35,504 nucleotides of DNA, taken from assembly GCA_024280675.1 (NCBI GenBank), contig JAJRPT010000031.1:1-35504 (forward strand), read 5' to 3'. This document shows, in pieces, positions 9,401 to 17,537 of the stretch (position 1 is the first letter of the stretch; each line of letters opens with the position of its first letter). The position numbers and the translations under genes were made by a program. Source of the stretch: Bacteroidota bacterium. Lineage in GTDB: Bacteria > Bacteroidota > Ignavibacteria > Kapaibacteriales > UBA2268. The notes beneath the pieces are model-generated. The model saw nothing but the letters and a program-made list of their open reading frames with translations, had not been told where the DNA came from and made no database searches.

Positions 9401-11338
9401 AGACGGCTCAAAGCGAGGGAAGAATATCTGAACCATACCATAGGTTGGAACACCGTTGTATGGTTTGCCATGGTGGACAGTAGATCCATCACCAGGGAAT
9501 AATAGGCTGCCAGTTGGGTCATCTATTGGGCTTTCGTAATGTGTTGCATCATAATCATATCTTCCAGGGCTACCACTTCTTTCAACCTCAGATAGTCTGA
9601 TCTTAACCTCTGGATGTCCAGTACATTCGATTTGAGTTTCTAAATCATATGCCATACATGATGAATCAATAGAAACAGTTTTTTGCCAGATAAGACGAGT
9701 TGAAGCCTTATTTCTCATTGTAAAGCGGGCTTGGAACTCCACATCTTGGGTGACATAGTTATGATTTGAAGGTCCTTGAATGTCGTTGGAAAGGTTTTGA
9801 ATGATGGCAACAGGTTGGATTGCTCCAATTCTTTCCTCACCAGCAAGAAGTTCATAATTAGCAACTTTAGTCGAGGAAACAACCTTAGAAAAACTTAGGT
9901 CATTGTTCACAGGATCAAGTTTTTTATCTCTTACACGGTACTGAATATCGACAACACGAAGTGTATTCTGCCATTGCTTGTACCTCACAACCAGTTGGTT
10001 CGCTGGGTAGGTAGCTCTTGGGTTTGGCTCATACTGCCAGAAAGTAGTGTATTGTTCGTATTCTGGATTTGATACTTGGTTGGTAATTGTACGGTTGTAA
10101 TTTTCATGTCTTGCAAAACCACGTACTCCAGCCACAGTGTTGTATAGGAATACTTTTTCTGGAGATACAGAACACCAGTTACTAATACGAGCATTACCCA
10201 TAAATGATTGGTAGAACATCGTCACAGAATTTTGTTGAACGTTCAATACTACACGAACGTTTACAGCAATATAGAACCTATCAAAAAATCGTTGATCTCT
10301 CGGTTGAAAGTAATTACCACAACGAGTACTCTTCGTGCCATGTGCTTGTAGATTCTTAAAATAAATATGAAGTTCATTATTATCAATTCTAGTATACCAC
10401 ACAGAGCCATTTGGTTCTAGTGATGAATTGGTTTCAGACCATTGTGATAGTTCATTACTTCCCCACACAGGAGCAATGATTGGTGCACGGTAGATATCAC
10501 TCGATGCGTTGCTAAGACCCGCAGCACCTGTTCCTCTTATACCAGCACCTGGGGTCAAATGGTTGCCACCACTTGCAATATAGCGAAACCCAAAGTCATC
10601 TGGAGTAGGGTCATAATTACCAGGATCTCCACTGTCTTCGATTCCAGCACCATTTCTTGAACGTCCTAGATTATCAGAAACGTACCAGTCAGCACTTTCT
10701 GGATCGTAGGTTGTTCCGGTTTCAACATCAATTTTCCTTCCGCCACCAGCTTGCTCAGAGTTGTATAGGTAACGTCTGTTAGAAAGAGCAACTACGCCGT
10801 TGGTCGAAACATAAAATGAATCGAAGCGAATGCCATTGAAACGAAATCCACTACTAACGTTTATAGGAATCGGTCCAGCAAAAGCGTTGTTAGTTGAGTC
10901 GATGATTGCAAATTCATCTGGGTCGAAAACGTCACCAAAGTTTGACGCAGGATCACGGAAGAAAGTATAACCTTCAGGGTTTTCTTCCCATTCTTCAGGA
11001 TCTATCTGACGAGGACCCGTGGTGATTTTCTTCCAAGAAGCAGGATGCGAATCTGGAGAAGTTTGGAACTCTGCAGGCCCAGGTGCCCATTCCTTGTATG
11101 TAGAATTGCTGGTCACAAAGTAGTAGCCAGTAGAAATAGCTGGCGAGTTGTGCGTCCAGCGCTGAGTGTTGTTTCTCAGCTCATCAAAAGGCATCGGTAA
11201 AGTACCAGCTGTCAAGCAGCTTTTGTACTTATTATTGCATTCTATAATCTCAGTCTGGGCACTAAGATTAGAGAAGGAGATTAGCAGCAAAAATGCCGAC
11301 AAAGTAATCGAGTAAAATTTACTCATAATTAACCCCAA
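6455..11338 (-). CDS. Giant secreted protein (1627 aa) with signal peptide and type-A T9SS C-terminal sorting domain; function unknown
   Basis: The signal peptide is MSKFYSITLSAFLLLISFSNLSAQ. The C-terminus ...VTIEILDMMGNLVKTIYDDE...LTWNGTNEGDAKVSNGTYFFRVSASGEVATGKFSLVK is a canonical CTD. Just before it sits an 'LYWETLGKENENSGFYVERR...YRLRQVSIDGS' module. An N-terminal 'FRFNGIRFDSFYVSTNGVVAL' segment looks NIDO-like. Confidence 0.85.
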   Translation of the reverse strand: MGLIMSKFYSITLSAFLLLISFSNLSAQTEIIECNNKYKSCLTAGTLPMPFDELRNNTQRWTHNSPAISTGYYFVTSNSTYKEWAPGPAEFQTSPDSHPASWKKITTGPRQIDPEEWEENPEGYTFFRDPASNFGDVFDPDEFAIIDSTNNAFAGPIPINVSSGFRFNGIRFDSFYVSTNGVVALSNRRYLYNSEQAGGGRKIDVETGTTYDPESADWYVSDNLGRSRNGAGIEDSGDPGNYDPTPDDFGFRYIASGGNHLTPGAGIRGTGAAGLSNASSDIYRAPIIAPVWGSNELSQWSETNSSLEPNGSVWYTRIDNNELHIYFKNLQAHGTKSTRCGNYFQPRDQRFFDRFYIAVNVRVVLNVQQNSVTMFYQSFMGNARISNWCSVSPEKVFLYNTVAGVRGFARHENYNRTITNQVSNPEYEQYTTFWQYEPNPRATYPANQLVVRYKQWQNTLRVVDIQYRVRDKKLDPVNNDLSFSKVVSSTKVANYELLAGEERIGAIQPVAIIQNLSNDIQGPSNHNYVTQDVEFQARFTMRNKASTRLIWQKTVSIDSSCMAYDLETQIECTGHPEVKIRLSEVERSGSPGRYDYDATHYESPIDDPTGSLLFPGDGSTVHHGKPYNGVPTYGMVQIFFPRFEPSPFINGHIGRLQAYITAVPQDPDGEPLGIGDQWPFDDTASVPLFVMKRLEGFRDDVTEFHLVDGVLMPSVLKWVNIDAEVVSGNEVSAHPVPPRGVYGPSYEENWNQTYILLLQAYSVESPVIKMNRMTLAGTEPATSPGGDELRSFPIDMREQYNSVLSFSIQRVQYNDNWERGWSNGSLIGPEPRVQYNNSQLVQYNNNSNAASYRPDEIVVEIANPWVGVSDQVLYHVANIDNARWRWHNRRAGSDAPIEKGMPAFGLYGAGGYRVGFLEEDKDSAMTMNTTTVRNGLRPDRYDDGVDLEYRKFFVAIPDTFITNPYATAENFRFRIKVMAHNDQKPAPSIPDDSDDFFVDNIEIIPESIEATDIEISSVRAVWPYTQVPATQATNIPIQVQLTNNTSTIAPAYTVKLNIYKRGKFKTGQSPDDIGEDGYGKNGAGTIYCRTSVVSVHNPRIQKNMFMPGFNAQDAGAGSYKLEAIVSVPDDSDLNPLNDTTYTEFEIEFGDSFAYDDVDNPANDVPEEIDITNGGLNLFGYAYGGPSGSGAGYQARLHGAGVEGGNGSGSIAMKFVLQSADTIKGYRAYFASLNSSPDHIEFRIFRGGENNPDGNSIIEDASLDAQRGVDYDTGDRFYNEYVDYRLDNPVVLQPDTYWMVISQDGIDGLELGATKRRGGMRTTHVHIQLPNPIGVAGVHLALQKEFRIRNNERLLNNNLFSKENSKGSNAWQMFMPNEGNPAYAALHHIGQSPIDNKTNTLSRGFWIPLIRPYFGEKREGTAEDFEECFVPLEFGYFDGERRASMVDLYWETLGKENENSGFYVERRLKTENDESYDKLTFVPSPNNTVSGTTEYNWTDMDADVNSAFVYRLRQVSIDGSHNCEASGIVEIAAETNALSAFVISGSDNDAINFGVRNPDRTNVTIEILDMMGNLVKTIYDDELVEGLTSEGLTWNGTNEGDAKVSNGTYFFRVSASGEVATGKFSLVK

Positions 11339-11440
11339 GTTAAATGTAACAAATTATTATTATTCAATATCATTATTATTATTATTCAAAGCACTCCACA
11401 AAACATTTACAATCATCATCGCCCTCACTCGCCAACACCG

Positions 11441-13126
11441 TCACCTTTTAAATCTATAACCCTTTTCTTCTGTTTCAAAGATCCAAGCGACAATTTTCCC
11501 TTCTTCGATTTTTTTATAATCATTCCAGTAAGAAGAAGAATATACAAATCGTGAACCAGTGGTATCGTAGATATTTTTTTGGCTTTGTGCTTTAATTTTC
11601 TTAAACCTATCTATCCAAGCCACAAAGTTTTCTTTTCTCAAATCAATCCAACCCTCTGAACACCATTTATCAATATTTTTTTCATTGAACTCACAATCAG
11701 ACCAAGGGTTTATCTTTGGCACTTTCATGCTTGCCCCTCTTAGGTACTCATCTTTTGACAAAAGAATCGGCAGACCGATTGAGAGAATTTTTTGCCTAAG
11801 TTCGTCACTGGACTTAATGAATTCAATTGCTTTATTTCTAAGAACATCACCACTACTATTTATTACCGAATCAAAATCACCACAAATATTTTTTAGTATG
11901 TTAGCTTCATACAGCAATTTTGAAAGCCTTGGCGGACCAAGAAGCTCGTATGCCACACCTTCATTACTATGTTTTTGTTCTAAATCAGTCAGTTGTCTAA
12001 TCGCACTTTCTCTGAGCAAGCCACCACGATAAGATGGTCCAAGTGTCGTTGCATCCAGACCAGCCAACACATCTTTCCCAGAGTTTCCGCCTTCTGCTTC
12101 AAAGATTAGAAGATCGGCAATTTCTTCTGGAGTAATTATTTCCATTTGCCCGAGCGAGGTGATGGTTTCAAACTCAGACTTTGAGAATATTCCATTTTCA
12201 CCAGTGTCGATATAAACTGACTTCAAATTTTTGCCAGTCATACTCACGCCACTCAAATCCTTAGCATCCAGAATACCTTTTGTTTTCCTTGCAAGTTCTG
12301 GGGTCATATCACTCAACTCGACCGCTTTTCCACCTTTTTTTATTTCTCCATAAGAGACAGATTTCCAAGCTATTGTGGCAGTTGGCTTAATTTCTTTAAC
12401 AATGGCTTCTCCCGGTGTTCTTGCCATCAAAAACATGAGCAAGGAATGAGCACCTGCAACCGCCGTCTTAGACATTAAGACTCGTGATGGCTTGTCTTCT
12501 GAGTGAGTGTACGGAATATTGAGTCCCATCCCACCAGTTCCAGCCGTCCCGACTTTGAAATACATTTTGGTTTCCCCGTCTTTCAAAGACTCACCAAGGA
12601 GTTGAATGTGTCTGATTAGTTGCGGAATGTAATTGCTTGCCATAAGTGATTCAACCGACTCGGTGTCTAGGGTTTCATTTTCGAGATGATTAAGTACCTC
12701 AAGCGAAGATGAATATATATCACGGTAGGCAATCGCCGTCGCTGTATTTATACAATCGATGACAAGATCAGGCCTTTGAGATGTTATCAGATTGTACAGT
12801 GCCGATTGCTTTTTACTCTCTGAATCTAAATCACCAAAAGTATCAACAATCAACTTTCTTCTAGTTTTAGGACTAGCAAGCAAATCATTATAATTTTCAT
12901 CTTTCCAATCTTGGCGTGTGAAAACATTGCCCCAAGCGGGAACAATTTCCGTTTCAGTGCCAACAAATTCTTGCTTTAAATCCCAAACTGTTTGCTCAGC
13001 TTCTTCTTTTTTCAATGAACTAATTACTATTTTTTTCAACGACTTAGGCATTAGCTTTTTAGCTATCGCCGCCCCTACCAGTCCTGCCCCACCTAAGATT
13101 AACACACTCGAATTTTTTAATTGCAT
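11441..13126 (-). CDS. NAD(P)-binding Rossmann-fold protein of unknown function (561 aa)
   Basis: The N-terminus VLILGGAGLVGAAIAKKL is a GxGxxG dinucleotide-binding motif followed by a beta-alpha-beta pattern. The remaining ~500 aa (e.g. KVGTAGTGGMGLNIPYTHSE) match no family I can name. Confidence 0.7.
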   Translation of the reverse strand: MQLKNSSVLILGGAGLVGAAIAKKLMPKSLKKIVISSLKKEEAEQTVWDLKQEFVGTETEIVPAWGNVFTRQDWKDENYNDLLASPKTRRKLIVDTFGDLDSESKKQSALYNLITSQRPDLVIDCINTATAIAYRDIYSSSLEVLNHLENETLDTESVESLMASNYIPQLIRHIQLLGESLKDGETKMYFKVGTAGTGGMGLNIPYTHSEDKPSRVLMSKTAVAGAHSLLMFLMARTPGEAIVKEIKPTATIAWKSVSYGEIKKGGKAVELSDMTPELARKTKGILDAKDLSGVSMTGKNLKSVYIDTGENGIFSKSEFETITSLGQMEIITPEEIADLLIFEAEGGNSGKDVLAGLDATTLGPSYRGGLLRESAIRQLTDLEQKHSNEGVAYELLGPPRLSKLLYEANILKNICGDFDSVINSSGDVLRNKAIEFIKSSDELRQKILSIGLPILLSKDEYLRGASMKVPKINPWSDCEFNEKNIDKWCSEGWIDLRKENFVAWIDRFKKIKAQSQKNIYDTTGSRFVYSSSYWNDYKKIEEGKIVAWIFETEEKGYRFKR

Positions 13127-13275
13127 TTACTATTTCAAACCTGTTTTACCGAAAATATTCTATTTAATCTAACAAAATAACTATTAAGAATTATTTTTCA
13201 AAATATTATTTTCCAAATGTATAAAAATATTTAAAATATACTCTACTCTCCCACCAAAAAAACTAAGTCTGTATT

Positions 13276-13339
13276 TCAGAAAACTTTATTACGCCCTTCA
13301 GAAAATCAAGCGTGCCACTCAGAAAACTTGATTACGCCC
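13276..13339. repeat. Three head-to-tail 21-22-bp direct repeats (TCAGAAAA-N-CG.GCC) in the intergenic region upstream of the Rossmann gene; candidate operator or regulatory array
   Basis: R1 (13276..13296) is tcagaaaactttattacgccc and R3 (13319..13339) is tcagaaaacttgattacgccc, 20/21 identical. R2 (13298..13318), tcagaaaatcaagcgtgccac, shares the TCAGAAAA head. R2 and R3 also form a 7-bp inverted repeat, AATCAAG (13304..13310) with CTTGATT (13327..13333). Confidence 0.6.
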
Positions 13340-13423
13340 ATTAAGAAAGAACCTTTGTTTAACCTAATGACACTTATGGATGAAAAAGGTCTCAGTTTAG
13401 TTGAAAAAAAAATGAAATAATTA

Positions 13424-14797
13424 TTAGTTCTTAATATTTAGCCATTTTCTTCGATAGAGTTCGGATAAGGAAATAAGCATAAACAGGAGATAGCTCAAGA
13501 ATATTCCCCACCAGATGCCAGAGCTTCCGAAGTCCAGGTGTATTGAGAGTAGATACGAGAGGGGGATTTGCACCACTATCATAATTATTGAGTATATGAC
13601 AAAGCTTCTCTGGGTGTCTCCTGCTCCACTTATGACACGGGTTCCGAAAACTGCGACTGAGAAAAAGATGTATGCAAGCGAGGTCACCTTCAGGTATGAA
13701 CTTGTCAGATACTTGATTTCAGAATCATCTGAGAAAAGCCCTGCAAATTCTGAGCCGATAAATTGGGCAATGATTATCATCGGCACCAATATGAAAAGCG
13801 ATTGCTTCACAGCGGAATTGAAATAGGCAAATATTCTTTTGATTTTTTTCGCACCACGATTTTGCCCTGATGCAATTTCGAGTGCCACACCCGCACCCAT
13901 AATTGGCATGAATACGAAAAGGTCGAAGCTAAGGCCGAGTGTGTAGGCGGCGACTGCATTTGTGCCAAAATAATTGACGAGGGAAAACATTGCAATTCGG
14001 TTAATTGAGATGGAAAGATATTGCAAGGTTGATGGAATGCCTTTGCTTATGATTTGGGATAATATTTTTGTATTGAATGAGAATTTGTGAAATTCTAGTT
14101 TAAAATCTGTGTACCCTCTATTAATAGTGTATAAGTTGATGAGTAAACCCAGCAAGTTTGCAATGGCTGTTCCGAGACCTGCTCCATAAATCCCAAGACC
14201 TTCTGGCAAAATAAAATCAAATACGAGCAAAGGAGTCAAAACTGCATTTATTAATATGGTAACCGCAATTATTGCCATCGGGTAGACAGTGTTTCCGGTT
14301 GAGCGAATGATGGCGTTTAGTTGTACGATTAAAAATAAAAACGGAAAGCCAAGCACCAAAGCACTTAGGTATTGTACAGATTCTGTTTTTACTAGCTTTT
14401 CGTACCCAAGTAGGTCAAGAAGGGGCGAAGCGGTGAAATGAAAGATAATCGAAATCGCAATCGAATAAAAGAACATGATTGCAAATGCTTGAACGGCGGT
14501 TTCGTTTGCTTCTTTTTTTGATTTCTCAGTTCCTTCGCCTAGCTTTCTGGCGACAATCACACCCGTTCCAATGGCAAAGCCGATGGCCAGAGTAAAGACC
14601 AGTAGCCCAAGTTGGTCTGAGACTCCGAGTGCGGCGAGCGAATCACCACCGAGCCTACTAACATATAGCTTGTCTACCCATCCGTTAATAATGTGCAAAA
14701 TAAAGGCAAATGCAAGAGGAAAGCCAAGGGTACGCAAGCTTTTGTCAATGTCTCCATTGAGCAGATCCACACCTTTGCTTGATTTTAGAAATTTCAA
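13424..14797 (-). CDS. MATE-family efflux transporter (MOP superfamily)
   Basis: 457 aa with about 12 predicted hydrophobic helices. The N-terminus LRTLGFPLAFAFILHIINGWVDKLYVSRLGGDSLAALGVS and an internal duplication pattern are typical of NorM/DinF-type MATE proteins. Confidence 0.85.
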   Translation of the reverse strand: MKFLKSSKGVDLLNGDIDKSLRTLGFPLAFAFILHIINGWVDKLYVSRLGGDSLAALGVSDQLGLLVFTLAIGFAIGTGVIVARKLGEGTEKSKKEANETAVQAFAIMFFYSIAISIIFHFTASPLLDLLGYEKLVKTESVQYLSALVLGFPFLFLIVQLNAIIRSTGNTVYPMAIIAVTILINAVLTPLLVFDFILPEGLGIYGAGLGTAIANLLGLLINLYTINRGYTDFKLEFHKFSFNTKILSQIISKGIPSTLQYLSISINRIAMFSLVNYFGTNAVAAYTLGLSFDLFVFMPIMGAGVALEIASGQNRGAKKIKRIFAYFNSAVKQSLFILVPMIIIAQFIGSEFAGLFSDDSEIKYLTSSYLKVTSLAYIFFSVAVFGTRVISGAGDTQRSFVIYSIIMIVVQIPLSYLLSIHLDFGSSGIWWGIFLSYLLFMLISLSELYRRKWLNIKN

Positions 14798-14891
14798 ATA
14801 ATGCTTTCGGATAATATTTTAAAAACAATGTTAAGAATAATTTCCTATCTTTGGCTTTTAAGTTTGAAAAAAAAACCTGAGGGATTTTTTC

Positions 14892-16016
14892 TTGATAATC
14901 TTTTTTGCTCATCTTTTTCTTTATTCCCTGAGGTCATTTGCATTCTTCTTTGGTTCAAACCGGAAAGAAAGAACGCAATCTGATGCCGTGCAAAACACAG
15001 AAGGTTTAAAGCTAAGCATTGTTGTACCCGCCCGCGATGAAGAAAATAATATAGAGTCTTGTATTGTTTCACTTGCCAATCTTAATTTAGACAATTCCGA
15101 ATACGAAATAATTATTGTCGATGATGATTCCTCCGACGGTACAAAAGACGTAGTCCTAGAACTTTGCAAAAGCGTCAGTAATTTGAAACTAATTTCATCT
15201 GACAAAGAATACAACTCCACACGCAAGAACCTCAGAGGAAAAGCCGGGGCGATTGACTCTGGGATAAAATCGGCAAGTGCTGAGATTGTATTAATGACGG
15301 ACGCCGATTGCAAAGTCCATCCCGATTGGGCTGGTAGCTTATTCTCAGAATTTTCTCACAAAGATGTTTCCTTTCTAGCTTCATTCACATTGGTAGAATC
15401 TGAATCATTATTTGCTTGTGTTCAAAATTACGAATGGATTTTCATGCACACAATGGCAAGAGCTGGCGTTGGTCTTGGCTGGCCAGTTGGTTGCTTTGGC
15501 AATAATATTGCAATTCGAAAATCAGTTTACCAAGGAATCGGTGCCTATGAGAATTTGGAATTTTCTGTGACCGAAGACCTAGCACTTCAGCTAGCCGTCG
15601 CCAGTGAATTTTCAGAGCGAGATAATCTAGGTCTGTCATACCCTTGCTCAAAAGAAACGACTGTCACAACAATTCCTTGTTCCACTTTTTCAGAATACTT
15701 AAAACAACATCACCGTTGGGCAGTTGGAGGAAAAAAGCTTGGCCTGCGTGCTAGCATATTTGTTCTTGTTTCGGCGATTGCCTGGGCTTCTGTTTTCTAT
15801 AATCTGTTTGTTGGAAACTACACACTTGTAGCCCTTACAATCTTAGTAAAATTAACAGGTGATTTTCTTGTAATTTTCCCGTCACTCATTCGGCTTGGTC
15901 TCAAAAGACTTTGGCTTTGGCACTTTCCTTCGGTTCTCTTTTTTATGCTTATGGAACTTATAATCCCATTGCTTTTACTCAAAAAAGAAGTAAAATGGAA
16001 AGGTCGTAAGTTCTAG
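14892..16016 (+). CDS. Membrane-embedded family 2 glycosyltransferase with a Q/RxxRW-type motif (processive or lipid-glycosyltransferase-like)
   Basis: 374 aa with an N-terminal TM helix. Motifs: LSIVVPARDEENNIESCI...EIIIVDDDSSDGT...LMTDADC...VTEDLAL...QHHRWAVGG. These are followed by 3-4 C-terminal TM helices. The gene is divergent from the MATE gene. Confidence 0.8.
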   Translation: MIIFFAHLFLYSLRSFAFFFGSNRKERTQSDAVQNTEGLKLSIVVPARDEENNIESCIVSLANLNLDNSEYEIIIVDDDSSDGTKDVVLELCKSVSNLKLISSDKEYNSTRKNLRGKAGAIDSGIKSASAEIVLMTDADCKVHPDWAGSLFSEFSHKDVSFLASFTLVESESLFACVQNYEWIFMHTMARAGVGLGWPVGCFGNNIAIRKSVYQGIGAYENLEFSVTEDLALQLAVASEFSERDNLGLSYPCSKETTVTTIPCSTFSEYLKQHHRWAVGGKKLGLRASIFVLVSAIAWASVFYNLFVGNYTLVALTILVKLTGDFLVIFPSLIRLGLKRLWLWHFPSVLFFMLMELIIPLLLLKKEVKWKGRKF

Positions 16017-16036
16017 TTTTAATCTTGTTTTATTAG

Positions 16037-17098
16037 CTATGCAATCGCCACATCCTCGCAAAGATACACATCTTGTATCGCATTGAGCAGTTCCACTCCT
16101 TCTTTCATCGGTCGCTGGAATGCTTTCCGACCAGAAATGAGCCCATGGCCACCGGCTCTTTTGTTGATGACAGCCGTTTCTACCGCCCCAGCAAAATCAT
16201 TCTCACCAGATGCTCCACCAGAATTGATGAGCCCAATTCGTCCCATGTAACAATTTGCAACTTGGTAGCGAGCTAGATCAATCGGATGGTCAGACGAAAG
16301 CTCAGTGTAAATCCGCTTGTCGTATTTGCCAAAGCTGGAATTTTTGTTCATTGCTGGGTATCCGCCATTGTTTGTCGGAAGCTTTTGCTTGATTATATCG
16401 GCTTGGATTGTCACTCCGAGGTGATTTGCTTGCCCAGTTAAATCGGCCGAAGTGTGGTAATCTTTATCTTTTATGAAGTCATTATTCCGAAGATAACACC
16501 AAAGAACTGTAGCCATACCAAGCTCGTGAGCGTAAGCAAATGCTTCGGAGACTTCGATTATCTGGCGATTGGATTCTTCTGAGCCGAAGTAAATTGTGGC
16601 ACCAACGGCTACCGCTCCCATATTGAACGCTTGGTCGATTTGCCCAAACATAATTTGGTCAAAGCCATTTGGCGAGGTCAAGAGTTGATTATGATTGATT
16701 TTTACAATAAAAGGGATTTTGTGTGCATACTTTCTGGAAACAATGCCTAATACGCCAAAAGTTGAAGCAACGGCATTACACCCGCCCTCGATTGCAAGAC
16801 GTACAATATTCTCTGGGTCAAAATATATTGGGTTCTTTGCAAATGAAGCACCAGCCGAATGCTCAATACCTTGATCCACTGGCAAAATAGACATGTACCC
16901 AGTTCCCCCAAGACGACCATGAGAGTATAGTCTTTGTAAATTTGCAAGCGTGCGATTATTTCTGTCCGAGGAGGAAAATATCTTGTCTACAAAATCGCCA
17001 CTAGGCAGACACAACATATCTTTTGAGATTTTCGGAGAAGAAAAACCCAGCAAATCCTCAGATTTATTGCCTAAATATTCTTGAATTTTGCTTACCAT
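16037..17098 (-). CDS. fbaB: Class I fructose-bisphosphate aldolase (DhnA/FbaB type)
   Basis: 353 aa, near-colinear with E. coli FbaB as I recall it. Matching stretches include [88 protein letters not shown] and [19 protein letters not shown]. Confidence 0.92.
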   Translation of the reverse strand: MVSKIQEYLGNKSEDLLGFSSPKISKDMLCLPSGDFVDKIFSSSDRNNRTLANLQRLYSHGRLGGTGYMSILPVDQGIEHSAGASFAKNPIYFDPENIVRLAIEGGCNAVASTFGVLGIVSRKYAHKIPFIVKINHNQLLTSPNGFDQIMFGQIDQAFNMGAVAVGATIYFGSEESNRQIIEVSEAFAYAHELGMATVLWCYLRNNDFIKDKDYHTSADLTGQANHLGVTIQADIIKQKLPTNNGGYPAMNKNSSFGKYDKRIYTELSSDHPIDLARYQVANCYMGRIGLINSGGASGENDFAGAVETAVINKRAGGHGLISGRKAFQRPMKEGVELLNAIQDVYLCEDVAIA

Positions 17099-17383
17099 TA
17101 TGAATTAATTCCTATTTTTGAAATATTATAACCAGCAATTTGCTAAATAATATTATATTTTGCTCATAAATACTTTTAACAATCCTAGATTTATTACTGT
17201 TAAAAAAACAAGGAAACAAGATCTCATATAATCTAATTCAATGACATTCGTCTGCTGGACAAATGTTTTGTGCTATTTCTGAAAATAAATTCATATATTT
17301 GAATGCCAGAGAATTACAATGCCCACTAAACACTATGGATTCCTAACTCACTACCTGCCAATAGCTTACAGCAATATTTATTA

Positions 17384-17399
17384 TGGCATAACTTTTGCA
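17384..17399 (+). promoter_or_regulatory. Candidate sigma-54 (-24/-12) promoter for the 17538..25386 cluster
   Basis: TGGCATaacttTTGCA matches the consensus TGGCAC-N5-TTGCW, with exact GG-N10-GC spacing. It is on the coding strand about 140 nt upstream of ATG 17538, inside a 439-bp AT-rich intergenic region. A single match could be chance. Confidence 0.35.
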
Positions 17400-17537
17400 A
17401 TAACAACATCGAAATAGTAGTTTTTCACAGTTCAAGACCATTTATACATGAAATTGCGTAATTGTACTTAAAAAAATATTGGAAGATCATTGCTAATTTT
17501 AGAATGTGAAGAAATACATTATTGAAAAAACTTAATT

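Noticed and set aside
8390-9502. Cluster of 66-92-aa plus-strand ORFs inside the 1627-aa gene
   Set aside because: They are antisense shadows without starts, motifs or continuity. The minus-strand frame is open for 4.9 kb.
13376-13420. 14-codon mini-ORF (MDEKGLSLVEKKMK) in the MATE/Rossmann intergenic region
   Set aside because: It is too short and has no ribosome-binding context. It is most likely chance in AT-rich DNA.
14801-14983. 60-aa hydrophobic ORF upstream of and overlapping the GT2 gene, near A9/T6 homopolymers; possible frameshifted N-terminus of the GT2
   Set aside because: The 14892 frame already supplies a plausible N-terminal TM helix (IIFFAHLFLYSLRSFAFFF) followed by the catalytic core. 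No frameshift is needed, so I treat the short ORF as spurious.
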